Positions 26,913 to 42,794 of a stretch of 64,000 bases of DNA are shown in pieces. Origin of the DNA: the human T2T-CHM13v2.0 reference genome, Homo sapiens; assembly GCF_009914755.1 (NCBI RefSeq), contig NC_060934.1. One strand, 5' to 3'. Below the pieces are notes generated by a model that saw only the letters and a list, made by a program, of their open reading frames with translations, was not told the origin of the DNA and did no database searches. A program made the position numbers and the translations under genes. How positions within the stretch are numbered: position 1 is the first letter of the stretch; each line of letters starts with the position of its first letter.

Positions 26913-27025
26913 TCTTCATTCATTCAGCAAATATTTATTGAATGCCACCTATGTTGTCCTTGCTGTAGGTGCTACAAATACAAGGAAAACAGCAGGCAAA
27001 ACATCAAACCTGCAATTTACACAGA
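26913..27025 (-). mobile_element. L2 3' end relic
   Basis: TTCATTCATTCAGCAAATATTTATTGAATGCC is the antisense L2 tail. Confidence 0.8.
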
Positions 27026-28807
27026 TGTATTTTAAAACTTGGCCAAGTCTGAGGCCAAAATGAGCTTCCCATTTGACCTCTGCTGAATTGAATTTATCCC
27101 ATCAGTTATAGCCTTTGCCTATATTTTGCATAATCAATTTTCATATTGAAAAGTCAGGCTTCTTCCATTTCCAGTACTCATGATGAAGGATATTCCTCTT
27201 TGCATCCTTGCACTTTCTTAAGTTTTATTATATATTTCTTTTCATGCATTTGTATTAGCCAAGTACAGAGTTAATGGACTTACTATTTTAGGATCCATTT
27301 GTTAAAATTTCAATTTTCTTTTAAACTCTCAAATCACTTTTATGAATTAAAGCTAGCATATCATTACTTCCTTACTTTTGCCTAAAATAGGGCATTCATT
27401 TATTTTATATTTAGAACTCAAAAGCTTTATTTTTCATTAATACAGACACACAGTGCTAATTAATAAAAGCTATTGATTACAATATCTTAAATATTCACAA
27501 TAAGAAAAAAATCAGTAACTTCAAGTTGCCTCAGCACAAAGTAATAGAGTCTTGTGTTGAGAAGAAGGTTCTACTCAAAAGTCTGTCTCAAGTTGAAGAT
27601 GCAATGAGTCTGTAATCAGTTTGCTTAAAGGTCAGCCAATTTAAAATTTATGTGCAAATTTTACAACGAGACTTTGTTATATTCACCTACATAGCCCCTG
27701 CTCCTATAATATGCCTAACATTTAATAAGCATTAAATATTGTTTAATTAATGAATAAATCATTAAACTTATATGAGTTGGTAACCTAGCCAATACGATCA
27801 TGAAATGACTGTCAATTAGTGATTTGAAAAGTGTTATCCTTGGGAAACTATCTTAGTAAGGCTACACGTTCCTCTTTAATATTCATAAAAAGAAAAGGAT
27901 AATTTCACCAGCAGGTGGACTATGTTCAATGCCTGAGTTGCATTCAGAGTAAGCTAGGGCAGTGACAGTAAGCTTTGAGCACTATGCTAGATGCTGCTCT
28001 CTCTCCAGGTCTAATGACAAGTATGATCTGAAAATATTAAGTCAGCTTTTTTCTTGTGTAGTGTGTGTGTATGTGTGTGTTTTAATTTTCTTTAATTTTC
28101 TTTCTCTTTGATAGTTCAATGGGGAAAATACTATACAAATTAGAAAGGGAAGTGAATTGTAAAATGTGCTTAGCCGTTAGGACATGCAAGAAAAGTACTG
28201 GAATGCAAAATCTCAGAGACCACATATCTTCCATTCCACTATTCTCATATTTCAGCCACACCAAATTATTATTAATCTTTAAACAACCTTCAAGTCTAGC
28301 ATCATGTTTAGGGGTGTGAAAACTAGAACAAGGCTGAGTTCACTCAGCTGGGTCATTTATTAATCAAAGTATTGAGATATATTTAAAATGCAAATTAATT
28401 TATATATTTGTAAATATGTGTTGAGTACTGAATACTGACACGATACTTAATATATATATATTAATTTATATATATATGTGTAAGATTTTCTCTAAAAATA
28501 TTCTTCTGTTTTTCACATTGTAAAATGCTACTGACATCAATTTTTCTGCTTTCATATGCCCAGGTATAGAGTAACGGCACACGTAGGCTAACTTGAAGAA
28601 AAAAAAATTGGGAGAAAAATAATGCTTTAAAATTTGTTTATCTAGTATCGAATAGACATGTTCATATTCAAAATTAAACGTATTGTAGGATGTAAGCATC
28701 TGATTTTAACCACATAGCAATCTCAACTAAGCAAAGTAAATAAAACTAAACCCACATCTAAGCACATCAGAGAAAAACTGAAGAAACGTGAATCAAAAGA
28801 AAATGTG

Positions 28808-29352
28808 TAAGTACACAATGTGGTATTGCTAACTCTAGGTACTGTTGTGCAGAGGATCTCTAGAGCTTATTCATCTTGCCTAACAGAAACCCTGTATCTT
28901 TTAACTAATATCTTCCTACTTCTCCCTCCTCCAGCAACCACCAGTCTATTCTCTGCCTGTATGAGTTTAATTAATGTATTAAATAGATAACTCACATAAG
29001 TGGAACCATGTAGTACTTGTTCTATTTTAATTGGCTTATTCCACTTAGCGAATGTTTTCCAGGTTCATCCATGTCGTTACAAATTGCAGGATCTCCTTTT
29101 TGGTAAATACCGAATAAGATTTCATTGTATGTACATACCACATTTTCTTTATCCGTTTATGTGGATTTGTTTTAAAACCTTGACTATTGTGAATAATGTT
29201 GCAATAAACATTAGAGTGAGGCTATTTCTTCCAGCTTATGACTTCAATTCTATTAGATATATATATATATATATCTAGAACTTGGATTGGTGGATTATAC
29301 AGTAATTCTATTTTTAATTTTTTTGAAAAACCACCAAATTGTTTCCCATATC
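28808..29352 (-). mobile_element. L1 3' end (late L1MA / early L1MB-like)
   Basis: GATCTCTAGAGCTTATTCATCTTGC, CAACCACCAGTCTATTCTCTG, CAGGTTCATCCATGTCGT and ATTGTGAATAATGTTGCAATAAACAT antisense L1 motifs. Confidence 0.88.
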
Positions 29353-29734
29353 CAGGGCTTTTTGGTCAGCTATTTAAATTTTATAATTTGCTATCATTTC
29401 TTTAATCATTCTAAATATTTACTTACCAACATAAAACATAAAGTACCAATCAAATGAAATGTCATTATTTGCAATAATTATCTGTTAATCTACAGCTGCG
29501 TACTAAAGTCTATCATTGTATTCTTTTCTACAGGAGAGAAGACACCTCTGTATTTGTAGGCTCTCCCCACATCTTGTGAGTCACTAAAGAAAAACCAGTT
29601 GTTCCAATTGTTTTAACAAAACCAGGAACTGAGATTCTAAATTTACATACTCTCATACCATTTTATGTTTATGAGAAATACAAATCTAGAATGTGGAAGT
29701 TAAGAACTGCCTGTTTAATAAAATCATCTTGAAA

Positions 29735-29952
29735 CAGAAAGAAGGCAGGAAGGGAAAAAAGAAAGAAAGAAGGAGACAGAAAAAGAGAAAGAAAACAAGG
29801 AAAGAAACTAGGAAAAGAGGAAGGCAGGAACAAAAGAAGGAATGGAAGGAGAGAGTGAGGAAGGGAGGGGGAGAGGAAAAGAAGGAAAGAAGAAAGAAAA
29901 GTGTTAAAAAAAAGACCAAAGGAAGAAGAGAGATGATCTAAAAAGAAGAAAA
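29735..29952. repeat. GA-rich low-complexity tract
   Basis: Nearly pure purine run. Confidence 0.9.
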
Positions 29953-30087
29953 CATTACTCTAGAGCTTCTCAAACTGGCATCTTATGGACCCCTAAGAAT
30001 TTGTGCATTTTATATAGGGATCCATAAATTTCCTAAAATTGTATCCAAATTGTTCCATTTAATTAATCTATCTATCTAAATATCTAT

Positions 30088-30514
30088 TGCTATGGTTTGA
30101 ATGTATCCCCCAACAGTTCATGTGTTGGAAACTTAATCACTATTGTAACAATATTAACAGGTGGGTCTTTTAAGAGATGATAGGGTCACCAGGGTGGAGC
30201 TCTTGTGAATGGATTAATATCATCATCTAGGGTGTGAGTTCTCTTGGGAGTGAATCAGTTTTCACGGGACTGAGTGAGTTTTCTTGAGAGTGGGTTGTAG
30301 TAAAAGCAAGCTGGCTGCCTCTGTGATTTCCTTTGCTTGTGCTCAGCAGTTCTTCTGCTCTTCTGTCATAAGAAAACATAAAGAAGACCCTCACTAGATA
30401 CCTGAGTCATGTTCTTGAACTCCCCAGCCTCCAGAACTGTAATAAATAAATTTTTCTTTATAAACTACCCAGTCTATGATATTTTGTTATAGCAACAGAA
30501 AATAAACAAAGGCA
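30088..30514 (+). mobile_element. Solo MaLR LTR (MST family)
   Basis: TGCTATGGTTTGAATGT start, TTTTGTTATAGCAACAGAAAA..GGCA end, AATAAA; perfect 5-bp TSD TCTAT (30083-30087, 30515-30519). Confidence 0.92.
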
Positions 30515-30567
30515 TCTATCATTGTATTACTAGATATAATATACATAAATTTTATACAAACCGTACA

Positions 30568-30637
30568 TGTTTGTGTGAATTGAATTGTGTCCCTCAAGGA
30601 GATGGGTTGAAGTCCTAATTCTGATACCTATTAATGT
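30568..30637 (+). mobile_element. MLT1-type MaLR LTR 5' fragment
   Basis: TTGAATTGTGTCCCTCAA...GTTGAAGTCCTAA. Confidence 0.6.
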
Positions 30638-31492
30638 CTATAAATGTGTATATTCCTATGTATGTATTAGAGTAATTAAATGTTTAATACTTTTAATATC
30701 TTAAACATCACAGTGTGTATTGGGGAGGGATAATGTTTAGAGATCACCTCTGCTATTGACAATAAAGGTATTGGGGTGAAGTGTCTTCATATTTTCTGTA
30801 TGTTTTGCATACTTTAAGTGTTTCAAAGTTAAAACTTAATGAATACACAGCATTTTTTATTGTGTTAAGGAAAGTGAAAATTTGCTTTTATTGGGTAATT
30901 TTAATTTGGACCCTAACTTACTAAATAAGAGCATTTCCCTGACCACTTTCTGTATCCAACTCCAACCTCTTTAATATACATAATACCTAATACCACTGTA
31001 TCATTGCATTTCATCTTAGCAAGATGAAAATGGGTTCTAAGTATCTTCCAGAAGAACCAAGTTGACATAAGCTTCAACACAGACTATAATATTTTGTTTC
31101 TTATTTTTTAGGTGCCAATACCTCCAAATAGTGACAGTTACAATAATATAGAATTAGCCATGGAAATGAAAAATATAGAACAAATAATGGGAAATAAAAT
31201 TAGAAAACAAGAAAAGGTATGTTGAAAGAAAAAAAGATGGGAGGAGGAAATTTATCTATATCTCTGATTAATGTGTGTTTAAAGAACGGTAGATTGTTAA
31301 CAGTTATGAAACGTCCAGAACTGAAAAATTCTAAGTGTCTTCCTTAAATTCCCAACACAACATTTTTAGCCAAATGTGTAAGTAGTGATCTTAAGATTTC
31401 ATAAATTTCAAGGATAAAAATTCTGGTGTTTATAATGACATTCTTATTAGAAAAGAAAAATAATCTTTTCTGATGTTTCTCTCTTTCTCTCT

Positions 31493-31588
31493 TTCCCCCC
31501 GGCCCCTCCCAAATTTCATGTCCTCACATTTCAAAAACAATCATGCCTTCCCAACAGTTCCCCAAAGTCTTAACTCATTTCATTAACT
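31493..31588 (-). mobile_element. Orphan THE1/MST internal fragment (polypurine-tract end)
   Basis: Highly similar to 32435-32536 (CATGTCCTCACATTTCAAAA.CAATCATGCCTTCCCAACAGT.CCCCAAAGTCTTAACTCATTTCA). Confidence 0.9.
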
Positions 31589-32082
31589 TCCCTACAGGAG
31601 AAAGTTAAGAAAATCTGAGAAAAGCGTTAAGCAACACAAGACAACACATACTTAAAACTTAATACAATGACAACCAAACATTTCATCTCTGGTTTCTCTG
31701 CTTTAGAAACACCTGAATATATGATTGAAGCAAAGGACAAGTCTTTATTCACAGCTTGTTTATCAGCATTCTAAAATCTGTATATTCTATTACTATCTGA
31801 TGTTAAGCCAGAGTTTCAAGAAAATACATTCTTAATAATGTTTAAAATGACAACAGCACTTCTGTTATACAATTTAAAAGATCAACTGAAATGAGAAATG
31901 GAAAGAATGTTAATTTTGCCAAAAGATTAAATAAGTGAAATCCCTGGAATTTTTGACCAATAGCAGATGTCTTTACTAAGTTAAAGAAAAGACAATGTAA
32001 TTCAATGAAGAAAATTTACCAAGCTCTCAGATGATGACTGACTTCTTTGAAGTCACAAAAGGGAAAAAGAACATAAGCTTGT

Positions 32083-34700
<2,618 letters not shown>

Positions 34701-36067
34701 ATTCTTATTAATGCTCTGGATTGCTCACGGTTAGTTATGGTTATGTATAGCTAGGTGTTGAACTAAAAATGTCAGAATTAGTGGTTAAATTTCCTGGCTT
34801 TCATCTGCTACCACTGTCTCTAACTTCATACTGAAGTAATGATCCCAGGGAGATGTTCTGAAGTAAATGTTCTTGGTGAAGGATGAAGATGAATCAGGGG
34901 AAATAATTCACCATTACTGGAAAATACTTCACTGTTCTTGACTCAGAAATGTATTATTTTTGTTATTATGATAATTTATTTTGATATGTTCTGCTCATTA
35001 AATGTCCTGTTCATATTAATCTGTAACCAAATCTCTGTGATAATGCTTTGCATATAGGAGTCCAATGTGTTCATCATTCCCAATAAGCCTATGAACATAT
35101 TGAATAGTCAGTTATGTAAGGACCTGAACTCAGGAATTGCTCACTCTCACATATAATGTACATATTCTGGACCAAGGTTACTGCATTTCATATTTGTCAA
35201 TTCTGCATTTGAGTAATTTCCAAATAATAAAAATAGCTTAGAACTTTAAGTGGCAAGCAGAACACATCAAAATTCATTATATTTTTCCGTATTAAAATTT
35301 TTCTCTGATCTGGTTAAAAGGTAAATAGTACTTTTCCTGAGCTATTTTTATTAAAATATTAGTATTACAAGTTCCACCTCTTTTTAGATAATGCTTTCAC
35401 TTAAAGGTGCTTATCCACATTAGCTGCTATTTCAAAGGCTGAAGACTCTTGAAGTCTGTTTTCTGATAACATTCATAAGATAGATATAAGAAAGTTTTGT
35501 GTCAACATCATTTAAAAGAAAAATATTGTATCTAATTTCTAACATACCACTCCTGTGTACATATGCAAAATCTAGTCTCAATTATACTTTCTCCCTTTTT
35601 TATTCCTACTTACTGCTTCTCTTCATTTTCTAAAAGTATTTCAGGTTTAAAAATACATCAAAAGCAAAACCAGTTTGAAACTACAGTTTCAGCATTAACC
35701 TTCACATAACACAGCAAGGATTCTTCCTTGTTATGATTTCAGCCTTGCGCACTTCCACAAATCCATGCACAGAAAGTCAGGCTCAGGCCAAGGATTTCTT
35801 TCAATTTGTTGAGAGAAACCAGCAATGTGATTAATAAGAATTATTTAAGTATTGTTGCAAGGCAAGGTGTCAAAAAATACCATGCTACAAACTTCCCGTG
35901 CTCTCGCCTTCATAGAAAAAGGAGAAGGAAATCTTTTGTATTAGGTAATGAAAAATGATTTACCTAAACATATTCTGGGATGTCCAATTTCTCTCTCACT
36001 TTGTGGGACTAGCAGTAAGATGCATGCTTTCACTCCTTCTTTTAACTTATCTCCATAGAATATTATT

Positions 36068-37045
36068 TGAGGTAAAAAGAAAACTTTATTTTTCTTTTTA
36101 TTCACACAACACTTCTGACACCAAATGTGTGGGATATTTTTTTTCCCACACCAACCAATTCTCCAACTCTCTGGACACCAATAGAGTGTCCTAAAATTCA
36201 TGTCTGACACTAATTACCTAGAGTTTTAGCACGGACATCACAAGTTAAGGGCTCAGCCTCACAACATTTCCCCACACTTCAGACACTAATCACAAAACAT
36301 TTCCCCACACTTCAGACACTAATCACAAGTCCCAGGTAGTCACTTGCACTCTAACCACCTGTAAATTAGGGGTTCCCACAACCCTCTTCTTAGATCTTAT
36401 ACTTTGCTGTAATGACTCACGATTCAGGGAAATACTTTCTTATTACTGGTTTATTATAGAGGATACAACTCAGAAAAAAATGAAAAATAAGTGATGCATG
36501 GGGCAAGGTGTGGATTATGGGGTGTGGAGCTTCCATGGTTTTTCAAGGTGTGCTACCCTCCCAACACCTCCATTGTTCACCAACCCAGAAGCTCTGTGAA
36601 CCTCATTGTTTAGAGGTTTTATGAAGTTTTCACCAAATAGGCATGGATGAGTAAATCATTGGCACTTTGTGACTGAACTCAATCTGTAGCCCCTCTCCTT
36701 CCCTGGAGATTGAAGGATGGTGCTGAAAGTTCCAACCCTGTGATACCATGGTTGCTTTCTCTGTCAATCAATGCCCATTCTCCAAAAGTCATCTTATTAG
36801 CATAACCTTGGATGTGGTTAAAGAAAGCTTATTATGAACAGCAAAAGATGTTCCTTTCACCCGTATCACTTAGTAAATTCCAAAGGTTTTTGAAGCTCTT
36901 GTGTTAGGAACCTGGGACGAAGACCAAGTATTATAACAAAAGATTTTCCCATTACTCCTATTATTCAGGAAGTTATAAGGGTTTTAGAAGCTCTGTAACA
37001 GGAGCTGAGGGCAGAGACTAAATCTGTATATTTTATTCCGTCACA
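36068..37045 (-). mobile_element. Solo LTR, MER21B/C-like
   Basis: CACAACACTTCTGACACCAAATGTGTGGG, CTGAAAGTTCCAACCCT, twin AGGGTTTTAGAAGCTCTG blocks, terminal TCACA. Confidence 0.85.
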
Positions 37046-37099
37046 GAAGCATTAATACATTGATTTGCAGAACGCTTTCATTGAAAACGGACCTGCTTT

Positions 37100-37270
37100 T
37101 TAATTTATTTTTTTTAAACTTAGACATAGTAAAATTCACTTTTTCTGTGTGTATAGTTCCATAAATCTTGACAAACACATTGTCACATCACTACCATCAT
37201 AGTCAAAATACATAATTATTTCATCAACACCCCCCAAAATCATCTCATATTGTCCCTTTGTACCTCCTTC
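37100..37270 (-). mobile_element. L1M 3' end fragment
   Basis: CATAGTAAAATTCACTTTTT..GTATAGTTCCATAAATCTTGACAAACAC..ATTTCATCAACACCCC. Confidence 0.65.
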
Positions 37271-37394
37271 AAATACAAAAACAAACACTATAAGACTAAC
37301 TTCTGTTGTTCTATTTTGTAATTGTATAATTGTATTTTATAATTTTTGTGGGATGTACTTTACTTTTAAAAAAAGTTTGCTGAAGTAATCTTAT

Positions 37395-37655
37395 TTTTTC
37401 AATGAATATTAAATAGCTACTACAAACCAGGTACTCCATAAGTCATCTGGGACAGAGCAGTAAATAGAAAAGCCTTATGGTGTTTACATATTTCAATGGG
37501 GGAAAGGATGAGTAGCAAAAAATAAGCATTATAAATAAGAACATTATACAGTATGTTAGAAAAAAAATACCCTAAAGAAAGAAAAAAGAAAGAGAGAGAT
37601 TGGAAGTGATAAGCTGAAGATAAATGATTGCAAATTTATATAGGGTGATCATTAA
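37395..37655 (-). mobile_element. L2 relic
   Basis: TTTTCAATGAATATT...CCAGGTACT...CTGGGACAGAGCAGTAAATAGAA. Confidence 0.55.
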
Positions 37656-38970
37656 AAAAGTAATTCCATGGTTATAAACATTACTCAAATTCCAAATCTT
37701 TACCTGATGATAATCTGGATTTCATAAAATCTATTTTAGTGAATTTACATTAAAATGTGTTTAAATCAGTCTTAATTGAATTCACAGAACCATGTCATTG
37801 ATTTTCCTTTTCTCTATATTACATTGTTTTTATTTGTAATTTAAGTCCATCTCTTTCATGTATTTGAAAACTGCAGAGGTAGGAAATAAATCTTAAAATC
37901 CATTTGTAAAATTATAAATTTTTAGAAAAATTTGGAAATATGTCATATTTTGGTTGTAATTTAAGCACATGAAATTATATCTTCATTCTCTCAAGACTCA
38001 ATTTATATGACTTTAAATGATTAAAAAATTTATTAATTCATATGTATGAATGATGTCAGCACATTTCTTAAAGCTGGAAAACTGAATACTAAGGTGTTTG
38101 CCTAAATGAAACCAGCCTATCTGACCTCTAGGACCCTAGTAAGGGGCTGGGGCATGACTGAGAAAAGAATGAAAAATGAACACAAATTTACAAACTAAAT
38201 AGTTGCACAGATAAAATTATGAGATTATCTCCTTACTTCCTTTAGTAACTCCCCACCCACTAGCAATCATAGATATTTGCTCTCCAAGCAGGAGACTGGA
38301 GGATCCTTTCCTGGTGAAACTGACCATTCTAGAAGTAAAGCCCTCCACAATACTAACATTTGGGAGAGGAGATGGAGTGGCTCTTAAAGAAATGAATGAA
38401 TTTGCTCCTGGTTTTTAAAAGTGTAACTTGTTAGTCAACAAGCCCTGCTCAGCCACACAGAGCTCCCGGACAGATTTCAACACTTCACTCTTACATGGGA
38501 AAAGATGGCCAGGAATCATTGGATTAGAGAAAAAGCCTTTAATATCCATGAACAAGCCCAAAATACTCATAAGGAGAAAAGGGGAATAAGAATGCATTTA
38601 AACCCAGGATTTTCACAAAGCACAATATACTTCAAACAGAAAAATAATGTAAAAAAATATTGATCATTCCATGCAATTATGTTTACAAGATTTTAAATTT
38701 AGGAACAGCTAACCAATTTGTTTCTTAGAATCCTCAGCTGCAGGAATATTCCTTGAAAGAAAGGACATATGAAAGAGTTTCTGTAGGTAAGTCCTAGATT
38801 AAATAGGATTTCACAGATTCTGAGCATGGAAGTGAACAGATCTAAGTTAGTGAAAATTGAACTCTGTAAATGAACAAAACCATAAATCTTTCAATTTGGG
38901 AGTACAGTTAATGGAAAGAGAAACTAGTACTTGAATACCTTATAGAATACCAACTGGATAGTGTCGACTT

Positions 38971-39264
<294 letters not shown>

Positions 39265-42200
39265 TAGTGTCGACTTTTATTTGAAATACATATCCAATGT
39301 CTCAAGTAGCTTCTATAATTTTCTCATAAGTATTAGCTTCAATGCCATGTACCTAGAAGGTCCCTCTCAAAAATCTCTTTTGGACTGCAATGAGATGGCT
39401 ACTTACAACATAGTATGCAGGCTAACAGCTGATTTCTAAAATATTATTACTTCACTGTATATCTGAATCTATAATCTGACTTTAATATAATTGATTGAAA
39501 TGAATAATCTATTTTTGGTCCTGGTTTCGTCCCATTTTATGATTTATTCCAGACTATACAAAAGATAGGCCCTCCTTCATGATGAATTGAGACCTGTGGT
39601 AACTTTCTCAACTCTTGGACAGATAGAAATAAGATGTAACCCATCAATTCTCATGGAGGTCATTAAAATGACCATTCAAAGCACAGCAAATGCAATGTGT
39701 TGTGGCTTTTTTAATTAAAGGTGTTACTTGTCAACCCATAGATAAGTGAGCTATGCCATTACTCCTCTTGCAGATGAGAGTGAACTCCCCACATCTTACG
39801 TTATAAGCCTATTTTCATAAATTAGATAATCAGAAAATGATGTCTTTCATGTACAGCAGTGTTGACCTGGTTAATAGAATTATATGCTTCCCTAATATGC
39901 ACATAATTCGGGAGGGATCTGAAATTAGTGGAATTTTCTAATTCGCCAAGCTTTGGCAAAATCTTTATCTGGCAATAATTGGCCTTTAATTAGCAAATTC
40001 ATATACTTTTACAGTTTCAACTCTTTCAGATTTCTTACACTTCTCAATGAGGGATGTGACAGACATAAAGAAGACCTTGATCCAAATGCTAATACTCAGA
40101 ATTGGACCAACCTCCAATAAAATATGACACTCAAGTCCCTAGCTAATTTAAGTATTCAATTATAATTGAACCAAATGGCAACAGGCAAGAAAGTTTTAGA
40201 GTTCTTCACAAGGCAGCATTCTCGCCATTAAAACTCACTAATTACACTGGTCATACTATATATGAAGTTGGGTTAACAATGAATGGTTAAAGAACATGAA
40301 TGCGGCATGTCACATAAAGAATACAGAATTATATAAACAACTTATAACATTTTTGTTTATTTTCTAAGAATATTCTAAATGCATTCGTTTTATCAATTTC
40401 ATATTAATAAATGCAATATATATAGTTAGCAAATTTGATTAGACAATTCTCACACTGCTTTTTAAAATACTTATTACAGTCTGTATTGTATGGTGACCTG
40501 AGACTACATTTTACCACTTCCACTTGTTATCCAGAGTTTACCCTACATTAGCCTCTGAAATATTTTATTGTTCTCCACAGAAATTGAAATCCAAATTTAA
40601 CCTACTATTCTACAGTGATATTTTTCTTTAGAGGCCACTTCTCAAAATGAGGTGCTTGTTTTCAGTACATACAGACACCATCTAAATGGCTTCCTGGATG
40701 ATCTTAGCCTTCAACAGAGGTGATATGTTGACATGCATACCACACGAAGACACGTTATGCAAGATGCACTCATCAAAGAGATACAACCTGTAGGCACAGT
40801 GAGAATCCAAGACAGAGGAAAAGGATTCTGAAAATCCCGCATCATTTTCTGTCAAGCAATATACCTCTCTACATGTCACAATGTCAATGATACTTTATAG
40901 AAGCATAAGGAAACTCTCGTTAACAAAAAATCAGCACATTAAAAATTGGAAATTCACCCAATATTTACATCAACATTTTCATATTTTATCTAAATAATGA
41001 TGAGATTTTTCCGGGAATTCTTAAAAAATTAAGCTCAAGTATTACATTCAAAATTGATTCAATTTAGAAAAACATGTATAGGAAGCTTATGAGAAATTTT
41101 TATATCACACAACATGCTGAACACTGATTAGAGCCAGTCTGATTTTTTAAATGAGATAACTGTAACTTCAAATGTCAATTTAAAAAATAATGCAGACAGA
41201 TCTTATCTGCCCTTTACCCAGTTTGGACCGAAGACAACATATTGCACAATTTTAGAACAATATTACAACCATAATATTGACATTGATGTAGGCATCTATA
41301 GAATATTTTCATCAACACAAATATCTCTCATGGTGCCCTTTTATAGTCACATCTACATGGTATCATAAGTTCTTAAAACATGTACCTTTTGAAGGACATC
41401 TGTGTGGTTTCTAGATTTTGGCTATTATGTATAAAGCTACCATAAACAAACATTTGTGAACAGGCTTTTGCATTAACATAAATTTTTATTTCTCTAGGAT
41501 AAGTGCACAGGAGTGCTGTAATGTATCATATGATAGTTGTATGTTTAATTTGGCAACAAACTGTTCAAAGTGTTTTCCAAGTTGGTAATGCAATTTTACA
41601 TTCCCACCAGCAATGTACTGTGAGTAAATTTCTCTGAATCCTTCCCAGTGTTTGCTGTTATAATTGTTACTTATTGTATCCATTCTGATAGGTGTGAAGC
41701 GATGCCTCCTTATGGTTTTCACTTGCATTTCCTTAATGGCTAATGACATTTAATGTATTTTCATGTGCTTAATTGCTTATGACTTCTTTGGCAAATTACC
41801 TATTTCTGTATTTTTGCCCCATTTTCTAATTGGTTTTTTTTTCTTTTTTAAAGTTGCACATTGAAAATTATATTCTAGATGTTAGCCCCTTATTGTATGT
41901 GTGGTTTGCAAATATTTTCTCCCAGTCTTCAAATTCTTTCATCCTTTTAACAGTATCGTTTGTACAGCAAAACTTTTAATCTTGATGAAGCCCAATTATC
42001 AATTTTTCCTTTTATAAATTATACTTTTGATATCAAGTCTAAGAACACTTTGCTTTGCTCTATTGCCTAAAGGATGTTTTCTAAGTTTTTATTCTAAAAG
42101 TTTTATAATTTTACATTTTAGTCCATGATCCAGTTTGAGTTAATGTTTTACTAACTTTTGAGACTTCTGTTGAAATTCATTTTATTATATATGGATGTTC

Positions 42201-42794
42201 AATTGCTCCAGCAAAATTTATTAAAAAGGCTATCTTTCCTACATTGAATTGCTTTTGCACTTTTGTCAAAAAGCAGTTGGAAATTTGCATGGAACTGTCT
42301 GAGTTCTCTGTTCTGTTTTATTGAACTATATGTCTATCCTTCAGCCAAAACAGCACTGTCTTGATTATCGTGACTAGAAAATTAGACGAAGTTAGTAGAA
42401 TGCTATCTTCCACTTTATTATTTTACAAAATTGTTTCAGCTGTGTTAGTTCCATTGCCTTTCCATATACATGTTAGAATATTATTGTCTAAAATTTGATA
42501 GGAATTTTATCAAACCTGTATCTCAAATTTTTTGTAAGAATTAGGTTAAATGTATGCCAATGTAGACAGAATTGGCATAATTACCATGCTGAATATTCCA
42601 CTCTATGAAAAAAGTGTGTTTCTTCATTTATTTAGGTTTTTATTAATTTATTTCATAAAGTTCTATAGTTTTAATATAAAAACACTGCATATGTTTTACT
42701 AGATATTTCATTCAATTTTGAGAAATTGTAAATGGTATTGTGTTCAAATATTCATTACTAATATACATAAATATAATGGAGAGAGAGATGGGAG

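Noticed and set aside
28447-28478. AT palindrome
   Set aside because: Trivial consequence of two adjacent (TA)n runs.
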